A stretch of DNA of 64,000 nucleotides from Octopus sinensis (lineage: Eukaryota), in contig NC_043002.1 in NCBI RefSeq assembly GCF_006345805.1, positions 88,474,001 through 88,538,000 on the forward strand. Direction: 5' to 3'. Below the pieces are notes generated by a model. That model had not been told where the DNA came from and searched no databases. It worked only from the letters and a program-made list of their open reading frames with translations. The translations under genes were made by a program, and so were the position numbers. Shown piece by piece: positions 52,248-64,000 of the stretch (its first letter is position 1; each line of letters starts with the position of its first letter).

Positions 52248-52285
52248 TCTTTCTGTTGAAGAGTGTAGGCTCGAAACGTAAAAGA
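52248..52285 (+). ncRNA. Minimal type I hammerhead motif (family B) within a 210-bp element at 52169-52380
   Basis: tcttt-CTGTTGA-a-gagt-gtag-gctc-GAAA-cg-TA-aaaga; A6U core variant. Confidence 0.65.
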
Positions 52286-52386
52286 CTTTTTCTATTCCTG
52301 AGCGCTATACTAATACATTTGTTTGTTTGTACTCCACCTGCCTTCGTCTTTTGTTTATTTTCGTAAACTTTCCCTTTATATATATA

Positions 52387-52776
52387 CTAGCAGTTTCGCC
52401 CGGCGTTGCTCGGGTTTGTAAGGGAAATAACTATACAGCATTTTTAGAGAGTTAGAGCCAAAAAATAGCAAAAAAATGCATTAAAAATGGAAAAAATATG
52501 ATGGTAAATTTTTTTTAAATCGTTGACTCATCGTAGACATTTTTAGAGAGTTACTTCCCTTTAAAAAAATATGCATGAAAATGGAAAAAAATGATGGTAA
52601 ATTATTTTTAAAATCGTAGACTCATCGTAGACGCGCGCTAATACCCAGAAGGGCTCGATATGAATCACGACTATAAGATACCCGGTTTTGGTTAAACTGC
52701 ACCGCAAAATGTGGGAGTAGTTACGAATCTAAATCGAAGGGGACAGACACTCACACAACTACAGTTTTATGTATAA

Positions 52777-52779
<3 letters not shown>
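52387..52779 (-). mobile_element. Non-autonomous Helitron
   Basis: 5' TC, 3' hairpin CCCGAGCAACGCCGGG followed by CTAG; inserted between A and T with no TSD. Confidence 0.85.
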
Positions 52780-52789
<10 letters not shown>

Positions 52790-52811
<22 letters not shown>

Positions 52812-53547
52812 TATATATTTTGTATTGTCTAGAGAGAGTCATTATGCCAATATTATTAACACACACACTAGTTTAATTCCACTCCTCTTTTATTAGTCAA
52901 TTAGTTTAATATCCAACTAATTAATCAATTGTTTCTTTAATTTGATTAAACAGTTGGTCGTTTCTTTTGTTTTTGTCAAAGGTCTTACATTGTTACTTGC
53001 AGCCCTTTCAATGAATTGAACCAGTGTGTGTGTGTGTGTTAATTATATTGGCATAATGACTCTCCTTAGACACAACAAAACTTGTTTCAATGCACAAATT
53101 CACATAAAGAATTTTGTAAATACGTTCATGTATTTGTTTTGCAAGATTCCTGATGAGAAATCGTGCATTGAAATAGATATTGTCATGATTGGGGATGGTC
53201 ATAGTTTGCCAATTCAACATATGCACTATATATATTTGGTATTCATTTCAGCTTTATTATCATTATTTCAGTTTCTTTGTCAAAGTTATTTCATCATACA
53301 TCCTGTGACCCCATCAGTGATGCTCTTTCCCATATATCTTCTCTTGTTCTGCTTATTACATTTTCTGGGATAAGCAGAACAAGAGGAGATGCATAGGATG
53401 GAGAGTCTCTGAAGAGGTCACAGGATGTGTAACTCAAAACAGCTTCGACAAAGAAACTAGAACAATAATAATAAAGCTTAAGGGAAGACCAAATATATAG
53501 TGCGTGTGTTCAATTGGCAAAATATGACCATTACCAAGAATAACAAT

Positions 53548-53584
<37 letters not shown>

Positions 53585-54345
53585 GTTTATATATTTTGTA
53601 TTGTCTAGAGAGAGTCATTATGCCAATATTATTAACACACACACTAGTTTAATTCCACTCCTCTTTTATTAGTCAATTAGTTTAATATCCAACTAATTAA
53701 TCAATTGTTTCTTTAATTTGATTAAACAGTTGGTCGTTTCTTTTGTTTTTGTCAAAGGTCTTACATTGTTACTTGCAGCCCTTTCAATGAATTGAACCAG
53801 TGTGTGTGTGTGTTAATTATATTGGCATAATGACTCTCCTTAGACACAACAAAACTTGTTTCAATGCACAAATTCACATAAAGAATTTTGTAAATACGTT
53901 CATGTATTTGTTTTGCAAGATTCCTGATGAGAAATCGTGCATTGAAATAGATATTGTCATGATTGGGGATGGTCATAGTTTGCCAATTCAACATATGCAC
54001 TATATATATTTGGTATTCATTTCAGCTTTATTATCATTATTTCAGTTTCTTTGTCAAAGTTATTTCATCATACATCCTGTGACCCCATCAGTGATGCTCT
54101 TTCCCATATATCTTCTCTTGTTCTGCTTATTACATTTTCTGGGATAAGCAGAACAAGAGGAGATGCATAGGATGGAGAGTCTCTGAAGAGGTCACAGGAT
54201 GTGTAACTCAAAACAGCTTCGACAAAGAAACTAGAACAATAATAATAAAGCTTAAGGGAAGACCAAATATATAGTGCGTGTGTTCAATTGGCAAAATATG
54301 ACCATTACCAAGAATAACAATATATATATATAATATATATATATA
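52790..54345 (+). repeat. Near-identical tandem duplication, unit about 775 bp
   Basis: Identical 115-aa spurious ORFs at 53026 and 53800; units bounded by (TA)n. Confidence 0.95.
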
Positions 54346-55134
54346 TATTTATTTATTGCCCACAAGGGGCTAAACATAGAGGAGACAAACAAAGACAAAC
54401 AAAGAGATTAAGTCGATTACATCAACCCCAGTGTGTAACTGGTACTTATTTAATCGACCCCGAAAGGATGACAGGCAAAGTCGACCTCGGTGGAATTTGA
54501 ACTCAGAACGTAGCAGCAGACAAAATACTGCTAAGCATTTCGCCCGGCGTGCTAATGATTCTGCCAGCTCGCCGCCTTATATCTATATATATATATATGT
54601 ATATATATTGTGTCTAGCCACCATAATCATTTTATAATTTTCACATTACCATTTTGTCGAATCAGCCATTGATTCCTGTGGTAAATTCTATAAAAACTGA
54701 CAAGTGGAATTCAGCTTCACCACGAGCAATGGAGCAGCATCACTGATGCTACTCCATTGGAAACAAGTGAGGGTTGGCATCAGGGAGGGCATCCAACCAC
54801 AGACAATTTGTTACAAGAAACTCTTTCTAACTCATGCATGCATTGAAAACTGCACATTGAAATAATTATGGTGACGCTAATATTTGTTTTTTGAAGCACA
54901 TACAGCAGAATCATTAGCACATGGGACAAAATAACTTTTTGGTACTTATTTTGCAATCGTTTACATTCTGAGTTCAAATCCCATCAAGTTTGCCTTTGCC
55001 TTTTATGGGATTCAGAAAACAAAATAGCAATCGAATACTGGGATTGCTTTAAAATTCCTATAAATTTTAGAGTGTAAAGCATCCTAGATGTGAAGTGAAT
55101 TATAACAACAAAAGAAGGGTTTATTTAGAAGACC

Positions 55135-55470
55135 CGTACTGGGGTCACATAAAAAGCATCCATACTGGTGCCATGTAAAAACCACCTGTGCTGGTTCCAT
55201 GTAAAAAGCACCTGTGCTGGTGCCACATAAAAAGTACCTATGCCACCTCTATATACAGATGAACCATGCTGGTGTCACATAAAAAGTGCCACATAAAAAT
55301 CCCCTTGGTTCCACATAGAAAGCCTCTGTGTCAGTTCTGTACAAAAGAGCAACTGTGCTGGTGCCACATAAAAAGCACCCATGCTAGTGTCCCACATATG
55401 AGGCACCTGTGCCAGTGCCACATAAAAATGCACTGGTGCTGGTGCTGGTGCCATATAAAAAGCACTCAGT
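55135..55470 (+). repeat. Degenerate minisatellite (about 29 bp) upstream of an RTE tail
   Basis: Recurring GTGCTGGTGCCACATAAAAAGCACC. Confidence 0.75.
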
Positions 55471-55617
55471 ACATTCTTGTCAAGTGGTTTCTGTTAGGAA
55501 GGACATCCAGCTATAGAAATCATACCAAAACAGACAACTGGAGCCTGGTGCAGTCTTCTGGCTGACCAGCTCTTGTCAAACTGTCCATCCCATGCCAGCA
55601 TGGAAATCAGACATTAA

Positions 55618-55677
<60 letters not shown>

Positions 55678-56364
55678 AGGATGGTAATGATAATGTTTGT
55701 AAAAAAAAAAAAATCTGTCAACCTACATTTGAAAAAAATTATAGAATTCTTTCTAAAACTATTTCAGGTGATTCTGTGTTTAGTTTAAAGATAGTAGAAG
55801 ATGATTCTAATAAGAGACAACTGGTGTTTTTTTTTTGTTACAATGTTTGTTATTTTTTGTTGTTCTTTTTTTATTCGTTGATATTCTTCATTTCCTTTTG
55901 CCCGTTTTCAAACAATGTTTCTCAGTCTGTTTACTTTCCTCAATCATTATTATATTTGTCTATTGTGTTTAATGTATGTTTAATGTTATTATGCTCTGAG
56001 GACAACAAACCATAGTTCTGGCATATATTCCTTTATAAACTGTATTTCTTTTCTTCTTTCTTTTCTTCTTTTCTTATTAATCCACACAATGATTACTACA
56101 AGATTTCCTTGACAGCAAAAATTTGGGTCAATAGCTAGACGTCTCCAATGTTCTTCATAGTTGCTATAAAGTCGGTTGTCTCAATATGAATATCCAATCT
56201 CTATTGGCAGCAATTAAATACAGGTAAAATTGTTTTGGGTGTTTGATTAAATTACTGTTGGAAGTTGAACTGTATGTTCTCTCATAATTCCATTAAGCAG
56301 CTTCAGGTTTTCTATCATACTTGTTTAATCGTATGCAACAAAGAAGTTAATAAAGAGTGCTTAC

Positions 56365-56400
56365 CAGAAGTGGAGAAAATAATAACTGATTAATGACTTC
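56365..56400 (-). other. Candidate 36-nt host exon (EVINQLLFSPLL)
   Basis: tatttacag|GAAGTC...CTTCTG|gtaagc; open in phase 0 and located in unique sequence. No gene is recognised. Confidence 0.3.
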
Positions 56401-56786
56401 CTGTAAATAATCTTTGACCACATCAGTAATAATGCCATTATAGTGTTTCTATATTTGTGTTTGGTAAACAGCTTTGAGAAAACAAATCCTTTGGTTAAAC
56501 AGGCTTCTATAAGCATGTACTTATTCCACAGCTTAAAAACTGCAATTTGTTTTATTTGTTCCTTTACTCTTTTACTCTTTTTACTTGTTTCAGTCATTTT
56601 ACCACGGCCATGCTGGAGCACCGCCTTTAGTCGAGCAAATCGACCCCAGGACTTATTCTTTGTAAGCCTAGTACTTATTCTATCGGTCTCTCTTTTGCCG
56701 AACCGCTAAGTTACGGGGACGTAAACACACCAGCATCGGTTGTCAAGCGATGTTGGGGGGACAAACACAGACACACAAACACACAC

Positions 56787-56867
<81 letters not shown>

Positions 56868-57641
56868 CATATATACGACGGGCTTCTTTCAGTTTCCGTC
56901 TACCAAATCCACTCACTAGGTTTTGGTCGGCCCAAGGCTATAGTAGAAGACACTTGTCCAAGGTGCCACGCAGTGGGACTGAACCCAGAACCATGTGGTT
57001 GGTAAGCAAGCTACTTACCACACTGCCACTCGTAGAAGCACCAAAAATGGGTCACTTAAAGTTTAGGCGAATGAAAATTGAACTGCGCTATTTCTGTTCC
57101 AAAATTCATCTCGCAAGTGCAAAAATTGATAATGTGTTTGTTTAGGCCTTATCCCATGCATTGAATAGTGAACTTTACTCAGTCAGCTGTTTGACGTGAA
57201 CTGTGTTCACCACACGTGCAAGCGTGAGTAAATTGCATGAAAAATAAAAAAATCAAGATATAAAAACATTGTAGAAGTTCGGCAAAGAAATGAATTTTCG
57301 GTGTGTAGCCTGGAGGGTTTTTTCGTATTAATTATTTGGACTTTGTGAACACATACCAATTGTTTTCATAACATTTTTAACACTTTGAATTAAATGTGAC
57401 CATTTTGTGTTGAGTCTGCAGTTTGAATCATTTTAACCAAATTTTAGCAGGCCTGATTTTTGATCATCACGATACATCACCAGCGACTCCCTGAAACTCT
57501 TCCGTGAAATCCCCGTTGAGAAATCTATATATATAAAACTCAACTTGTGTGTCTGTGTGTGTATCTGTGTATGTGTCTGTGTGTTTAACTTTCGGATCTA
57601 CCAAGTTTCATTATTAAGGATGGAAAGTAGTGTGTAGCAAA

Positions 57642-58009
57642 TCTATATATATAAAGCTGAAGTTTGGTAGCCTTCAACTAACACTATCTCCTTTGAGACC
57701 CTGCAGTGCAAGTTGACCAAAATTGAGAGTATGATAGAAGGCTTGCTCTTCATTCTGTAGAAGATAAAATTCAAATCGGACCATGTTAACACCAAAAATT
57801 ATTTACATCAAAAAGGTGCTTTTTTTCTATGAAAATCCCTATTTTTTACGATTTTTGACTGCTGTGTCACCATTTTTCGGTGTATTTCAACTGGAAAAAT
57901 GTTCACTTGAAGAGAATAACAAGTTGCATAATGCAAAATTTTTACTTTTCAAAAATTCCAATTCTAAAGGGTCGAAACAAACCCAAGCAACACCGAGTGA
58001 TACTGCTAG
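57642..58009 (+). mobile_element. Non-autonomous Helitron
   Basis: A|TCTATATATATAAAG ... CCCAAGCAACACCGAG..TGCTAG|T. A second Helitron-like 5' end lies at 57524. Confidence 0.75.
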
Positions 58010-58429
58010 TATATATATATATTTATTTATATTTATATTTATATGACAGGCTTCTTTCAGTTTCCATGTACCAAATCCACTCACAAGGCTTTGGTCAGCC
58101 TGTAGCTATAGTAGATGATACTTGCCCAAGGTGTCATGCAGTGGGACCGAACACATAACCATGTGGTTGGGAAGCAAGCTTCTTACCACACAACCACACC
58201 TGCGTCTATAAGATAGTGCATGATTAATTCAAACCAATGTGAATAAATAAACATTACACTTGACAGAGTAATCTGAATGTTTAAAGGGTTAAGGCCTTAT
58301 TTTAATGGTTGTCAACTTTTTCCTATTCTACAATTAAGAGAGCTTTTATTGCACTTCTTCAAGAATGTAGAGCCATAGAATCTAATAGTGCTCACTAGGA
58401 AAGTAAACACAACACCAATTTTTTTTTAA

Positions 58430-59277
58430 CCCTTTTGTTACCAACCCAGCTGAAACCAGCTCTGGCTCTGTAGCACAAATATCTTGTTTTCATAAGTTAT
58501 GAATTAAAATCTTCCACCAAACCTTAGTGATAATTTATGTTCCTAACACTAGCTTAATGATAACTAAGTTATATTACTAAATTCTTTGTTATATTTAAAA
58601 TTAATAAAAAGAAACAATTCAATTCAATTCAATTTTTATTGGCTCAAAAAGCAAAAGCAAGGCCACGTAGGGGGACAGGGAGTTATGTACAGGGAGTTAT
58701 GTACAGGGAGGGTAGTCATACAAAGAGTTCAGGCCATTTCTGGTCAAGAGAGACTTTGAACCAAGCGGTCGTCAGCATCTTCACTATCTCGTCCGGCAGC
58801 TTATTCCACGGATCTACAACCCGGACAGAGAAAGCCCCTCTCCTTCGATTGAGACGAAATCGTCATAGATAGAGCTTTTCGGAGTGACCCTGCAGCCCAC
58901 GCTTGGGAGCAGGAGTGAAGAACAGCTCTTTTGAGAGGTTACACTTTCCGCTTATGATGTTGTGAGCGAGAATGAGATCACCATGGCGTCGTCGTTTTTC
59001 AAGAGAATAAAGGTCGAGTGTCTTCAGCCTTTCGACAAATGCTTGAGACCAAGAACCATGCAGGTAGCCAGCTTCTGGACTCTTTCGAAATGATGTATGT
59101 CTTTGAGGAGATAAGGAGGAGAGGCTTGAATCCCATACTCCAATATGGGTCTCACCAGCGTGACATAGAGTGGTAGAAATATGGATGCTGTGAGCATTCC
59201 GAATGACCATCGAATCAAAAACAGAGCTCCACTTGCTTTGTTGGCAGTATCTCAACAGAGATATGGTAACAAAAGGG
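58430..59277. mobile_element. piggyBac-type MITE containing a nested CR1/L2 fragment
   Basis: TTAA-CCCTTTTGTTACC ... GGTAACAAAAGGG-TTAA. A related degenerate copy lies near 59401-59620. Confidence 0.8.
58616..59217 (-). mobile_element. CR1/L2-group LINE 3' fragment (same family as 40945-41432)
   Basis: LYVTLVRPILEYG, ERVQKLAT and YSLEKRRRHGDLI motifs; (AATTG)n tail. Confidence 0.88.
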
Positions 59278-60115
59278 TTAAAGGCAATGGCACTTGATTT
59301 ATCTCATGCTAGTGATGTAAAAAAGAATGCTTATATGCACCAAAAGCCCATATGAGAGATTTTCTCATGGTAACTTTCACAATATTGTCTTCTAACATTT
59401 TTAATCCTATTAATACCAACCTGCCTGACATCACTCCTATGTTCTATGTTAATAACTTTCTGTTTAAAAGAATCTAAATTGAAATCTCTCATCAAAATTT
59501 CATGCTAATTCATATTCCAAACATCAGTTTAACAACGACAAAGTTATTTTACTAAATTTTTCATTGTTTTCTAAAACAAAGATAGTGTATTGCAATAGAA
59601 ATATGGTAACAAAAGGGTTAGGTTGGGATAAATACCATTTTGTTGTTGTTCTCACGATCTAATACAAGAAGCAAAAATGACAAATTTCGTGCACACACAC
59701 ACACATGATGGAATTTTTAAAATACTTTTTGTCTTTTACTTGTTACAGTTATTAGAGTGTAGCCATTTTGGGGTGTTGTCAGGAAGAATTTTAGTCAAAT
59801 AAATCAAACCCAGAATTTATTTTTTTCAGGTATTTATTCTATTGGTCACTTCTGTCAAGTTGCTAAGTTGTGGAGATGTAAGCAAAGTACCACCAGCTGT
59901 CAATCAGTGGTGGAGGACAAACACAGATGAAAAGACACACACACACACACACACAACTCCGAATGACCAGTCCTTGTTTTCTTTGTATTGTCTGTTTGGA
60001 TGTTTTGTTGTCCCTTTTTTGTATCACCTGACTGTCTGGATGTTTTGCGTTCTTGTCCCATTTTTTGTATTTTTTATATATAAAAAGATATAGCGGCGTA
60101 CGTACACTTTGGACT

Positions 60116-60200
<85 letters not shown>

Positions 60201-60562
60201 TCATCATCATCATCATCGTTTAACGTCCGCTTTCCATGCTAGCATGGGTTGGACATTTCAACTGGGGTCTGGGAAGCCCGAAGGCTGCACCAGGCCAGTC
60301 AGATCTGGCAGTGTTTCTACAGCTGGATGCCCTTCCTAACGCCAACCATTCCGTGAGTGTAGTGGGTGCTTTTTATGTGCCACCGACACAGGTGCCAGAC
60401 GAGATTGGCGAACGGCCACACTCAGATGGTGTTTTTTACGTGCCATCGGAACGTTATATATATATACACATATATATATCATTTTTGTCCGAGTCAGATG
60501 CCATGATAGATTGTTAGCCACTAACACACATTTTTTTTCTCTCCTTGTTTTTTCTGTGTACA

Positions 60563-60596
60563 TTTCTGTAGAAGAGCGTAGGCTCGAAACGTAAAA
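60563..60596 (+). ncRNA. Hammerhead motif (family B)
   Basis: ttt-CTGTAGA-a-gagc-gtag-gctc-GAAA-cg-TA-aaa. Confidence 0.6.
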
Positions 60597-60695
60597 GACT
60601 TTTTCTATTCCTGAGTGCTATACTAATACATCTGTTTGTTTTGTATACCACCTGTCTTCGTCTTTTGTTTATTTTTGTAAACTTTCCATTTATAT

Positions 60696-60730
<35 letters not shown>

Positions 60731-61100
60731 CATCATCATCATCATCATCATCATCGTTTAACGTCCGCTTTCCATGCCAGCATGGGTTGGACATTTCAAC
60801 TGGGGTCTGGGAAGCCCGAAGGCTGCACCAGGCCAGTCAGATCTGGCAGTGTTTCTACAGCTGGATGCCCTTCCTAACGCCAACCATTCCGTGAGTGTAG
60901 TGGGTGCTTTTTATGTGCCACCGACACAGGTGCCAGACGAGATTGGCGAACGGCCACACTCAGATGGTGTTTTTTACGTGCCATCGGAACGTTATATATA
61001 TATACACATATATATATCATTTTTGTCCGAGTCAGATGCCATGATAGATTGTTAGCCACTAACACACATTTTTTTTCTCTCCTTGTTTTTTCTGTGTACA

Positions 61101-61134
61101 TTTCTGTAGAAGAGCGTAGGCTCGAAACGTAAAA
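61101..61134 (+). ncRNA. Hammerhead motif (family B), second tandem copy
   Basis: Identical to 60563-60596. Confidence 0.6.
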
Positions 61135-61228
61135 GACTTTTTCTATTCCTGAGTGCTATACTAATACATCTGTTTGTTTTGTATACCACCTGTCTTCGTC
61201 TTTTGTTTATTTTTGTAAACTTTCCATT

Positions 61229-61260
<32 letters not shown>

Positions 61261-61429
61261 ATGGACTTCTTTCAGTTTCTGTCTACTAAATCAACTGACA
61301 AGGCTTTGGTCAACTTGAGGCTATAGTTGAAGATGCTTGCCCAAGGTGCCACATAATGGAACTGAACCCAGAACCATATGGTTGGGAAGCAAACTTCTTA
61401 CCACACAACCAAGCCTGTGAGTTGTTAGA

Positions 61430-61760
61430 CAATTAATTAGCTTTTATGAATCTGAAGAAGATCTTTAACAGAGTCCTGTACACTATAGTCTGATGTGTGC
61501 TAAGAGAGTAGCTCTTCATATAGAGCTTGTGAAAGTGATTCAAGCTGAATACAGAATTTACAAAGAGTTTAGTGAGGAATTTAGAAGTTAAGTGTGCACT
61601 AAAGCTCTATCTTCAGTTTCCTTCTGTTGATTATAGTTCTTAGAACCTTTTATATGACTTGGTTCTCCTTGCAAAATTTGTTAGTGTTGCAGATAAAGTT
61701 GCCAAACTGGAAAAAGAATGGTTGAGAATATAAAGGTCAACATAGCATATGACAAAATGC
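61430..61760 (+). pseudogene. Highly decayed RTE RT remnant
   Basis: LAFMNLKKIFNRV corresponds to LAFVDMEKAFDRV. Confidence 0.5.
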
Positions 61761-61837
61761 TAAATGTTTGAGGCAAGTTATGAAGATTAATAAAATTTTA
61801 AGTTTCTGGACGTACAAGATAGTACTTTGGTTGTCTT

Positions 61838-61841
61838 CTAT

Positions 61842-61904
<63 letters not shown>

Positions 61905-62008
61905 GTCTATCTATCTATCTGTTTATCTATCTATCTATCTACCTATCTATCTATCTATCTATCTCTGTCTGTCTGTCTGACTGACTGTCTGTCTGACTGT
62001 CTGTCTGA

Positions 62009-62051
<43 letters not shown>

Positions 62052-62085
62052 TCCATCCATCCATCCATCCATCATCCATCCATCC

Positions 62086-62123
<38 letters not shown>

Positions 62124-62147
62124 ATCTATCTATCTATTATCTATCTA

Positions 62148-62224
<77 letters not shown>

Positions 62225-62233
62225 TATCTATCT

Positions 62234-62330
<97 letters not shown>
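61838..62330. repeat. (TCTA)n/(TCTG)n/(TA)n microsatellite
   Basis: Directly visible. Confidence 0.95.
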
Positions 62331-63214
62331 CACACAAGGAAACAGCTTAGCAGACAGCAGGTCACCAAGTTCATGAAGTTTTAAAACATGAGTAATTGTA
62401 GATACATGACCTGGCACTGCTATTCACATACACACGTATTAAATTTTTAGAGACACTCATACACACAGGCCCAATCACAAATATATCCACATGTGCAACA
62501 GTCTCCTAAAAACTCGAACACACAAACACAAGCAAACCTGTTACAAGCCATGAAAGTAAAATCATCATATATGATATTTATGATAATAGTAATAATGATA
62601 ATCATCATCATCATCATCATTTAACGTCCGCTTTCCATGCTAGCATGGGTTGGACGATTTGACTGAGGTCTGGCGAACCAGACGCCAATCTGATCTGGCA
62701 GAGTTTCTACAGCTGGATGCCCTTCCTAACGCCAACCACTCCGAAAGTGTAGTGGGTGCTTTTATGTGCCACCGGCACGAGGGCCAGATAATAATTTTGA
62801 TAATTATGATAAATAATAATAACAAAGGTTTATAAATCAGGCACATGGCCTTTTTGAAGGAAGGGTCAGTTAATCACATCTAGCTCAGTGCTTAAATGGT
62901 ACTTAATTCACTGACCACAAAAATATGCAAGGTCAGTATCAGTGGAATTTGAACTCAGAACATAAAGAGCTAGAAGACAAGCTACCAATCACCTAGTCAG
63001 ATGTACAAACAATCCTGCCGGCTCTCAACATTAATAAAAATGATAATGATTTTTTCTACTATAGGTACAAGGCTCGAAATTTTGAGAGCAGGTAAGTTGA
63101 TTAGACTGACCCCAGGGATGAAAGGCAAAGTCAACCGCAGTAGAATTTGCACTCAGAACGTAAAGATGGACAAAATGATGCTAAGCATCATGGTGGTGGT
63201 GGTAGTGGTGGTGG

Positions 63215-63245
<31 letters not shown>

Positions 63246-63310
63246 GGTGGTGGTGGTAGTGGTGATGATGGTGATGGTGATGGTGATGATGATGATGATG
63301 ATGATGATGA

Positions 63311-64000
63311 TAAAGGGCAATACTGTAGAAAATTATAGGCCAATATCCTGTTTGCCACTTATGTGGAAGTTATTGACTGGAATACTCGCAGAGTCAATGT
63401 ACGAACATCTAAAAAATATGGAGTCCTGCTACATGAGCAGAAGTGTTGCAAGGGTAAGTGCAGAGGTACCAAGTATCAACTCCTGATAGGTAAAACTGTA
63501 CTTAGCGACTGCAAGAGGAGGAAAAGTAACTTAGCCATGTCATGGATCGACTATCGTAAGGTGTACGATATGATCCCACATTCTTGGATTATGGAGTGTA
63601 TGAACCTATTTGGTATTGCATCAAATGTTGAGCGATTGCTTGGAAAAAGTATGGTGAATTGGAGGACAGACCTGACAGCATACAAAAGAAGTTTAGGGAC
63701 AGTAGAAATTAGGAGGGGCATGTTCTAAGGGAACTGCCTGTCCCCACTGATATTTGTACTATGCTTGATACCACTAACACTGATTCTGAGGAACGCAAAA
63801 GCTGGGTATGTATTCAAAAGCCACCAACAAAAAGTCAACCATTTACTATTCATAGATGACCTCAAACTTTATGGTAGAGATGAAGCCCAAGTCAGTTCCC
63901 TCGTTGATACTGTGTATATCTTCAGTGCTGATATCAGAATGGAGTTCGGACTGAGAAAGCATGGTGTGTTAGTATTGAAGAGAGGCAAAATCAAATGTAT
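63311..64000 (+). mobile_element. R4/Dong-like non-LTR RT fragment running off the window
   Basis: [36 protein letters not shown] and HLLFIDDLKLY motifs, with one stop and a frameshift. Abuts (GAT)n. Confidence 0.8.

Larger units (their letters stand above)
60190..61245 (+). repeat. Near-identical tandem duplication, unit 538 bp
   Basis: ORFs at 60236/60774 and 60336/60874 are offset by 538. Each unit is an antisense RTE tail plus a hammerhead family B element. Confidence 0.95.

Noticed and set aside
53026-54147. Duplicated 115-aa ORF as a gene pair
   Set aside because: It starts in (TG)n, runs through palindromic repeats, and is duplicated only as part of the tandem unit.

Overview
AT-rich, repeat-saturated eukaryotic DNA, most likely intronic or intergenic sequence from an octopod cephalopod. 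This is inferred from the SINE families, the RTE tails ending in (GAT)n and the very long (TA)n/(CA)n/(TAGA)n tracts. No intact host protein-coding gene is recognisable. Retroelements: a near-complete, 5'-truncated RTE LINE carrying a PHD-like finger; many RTE 3' fragments with minisatellite UTRs; CR1/L2, Tx1/L1, R4/Dong, Hero/NeSL-like and Gypsy remnants; and at least four tRNA-derived SINE families. DNA elements: a full-length but frameshifted hAT (Buster-type) transposon with TIRs and an 8-bp TSD; Tc1/mariner/maT remnants; piggyBac-type and other MITEs; and two non-autonomous Helitrons. The most notable signal is a set of minimal type I hammerhead ribozyme motifs of the Penelope/retrozyme kind, in two clear families plus degenerate copies. 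They recur as head-to-head foldback pairs or inside near-identical tandem duplications anchored in TA microsatellites. A few minus-strand microexon-like splice signals are noted at low confidence.
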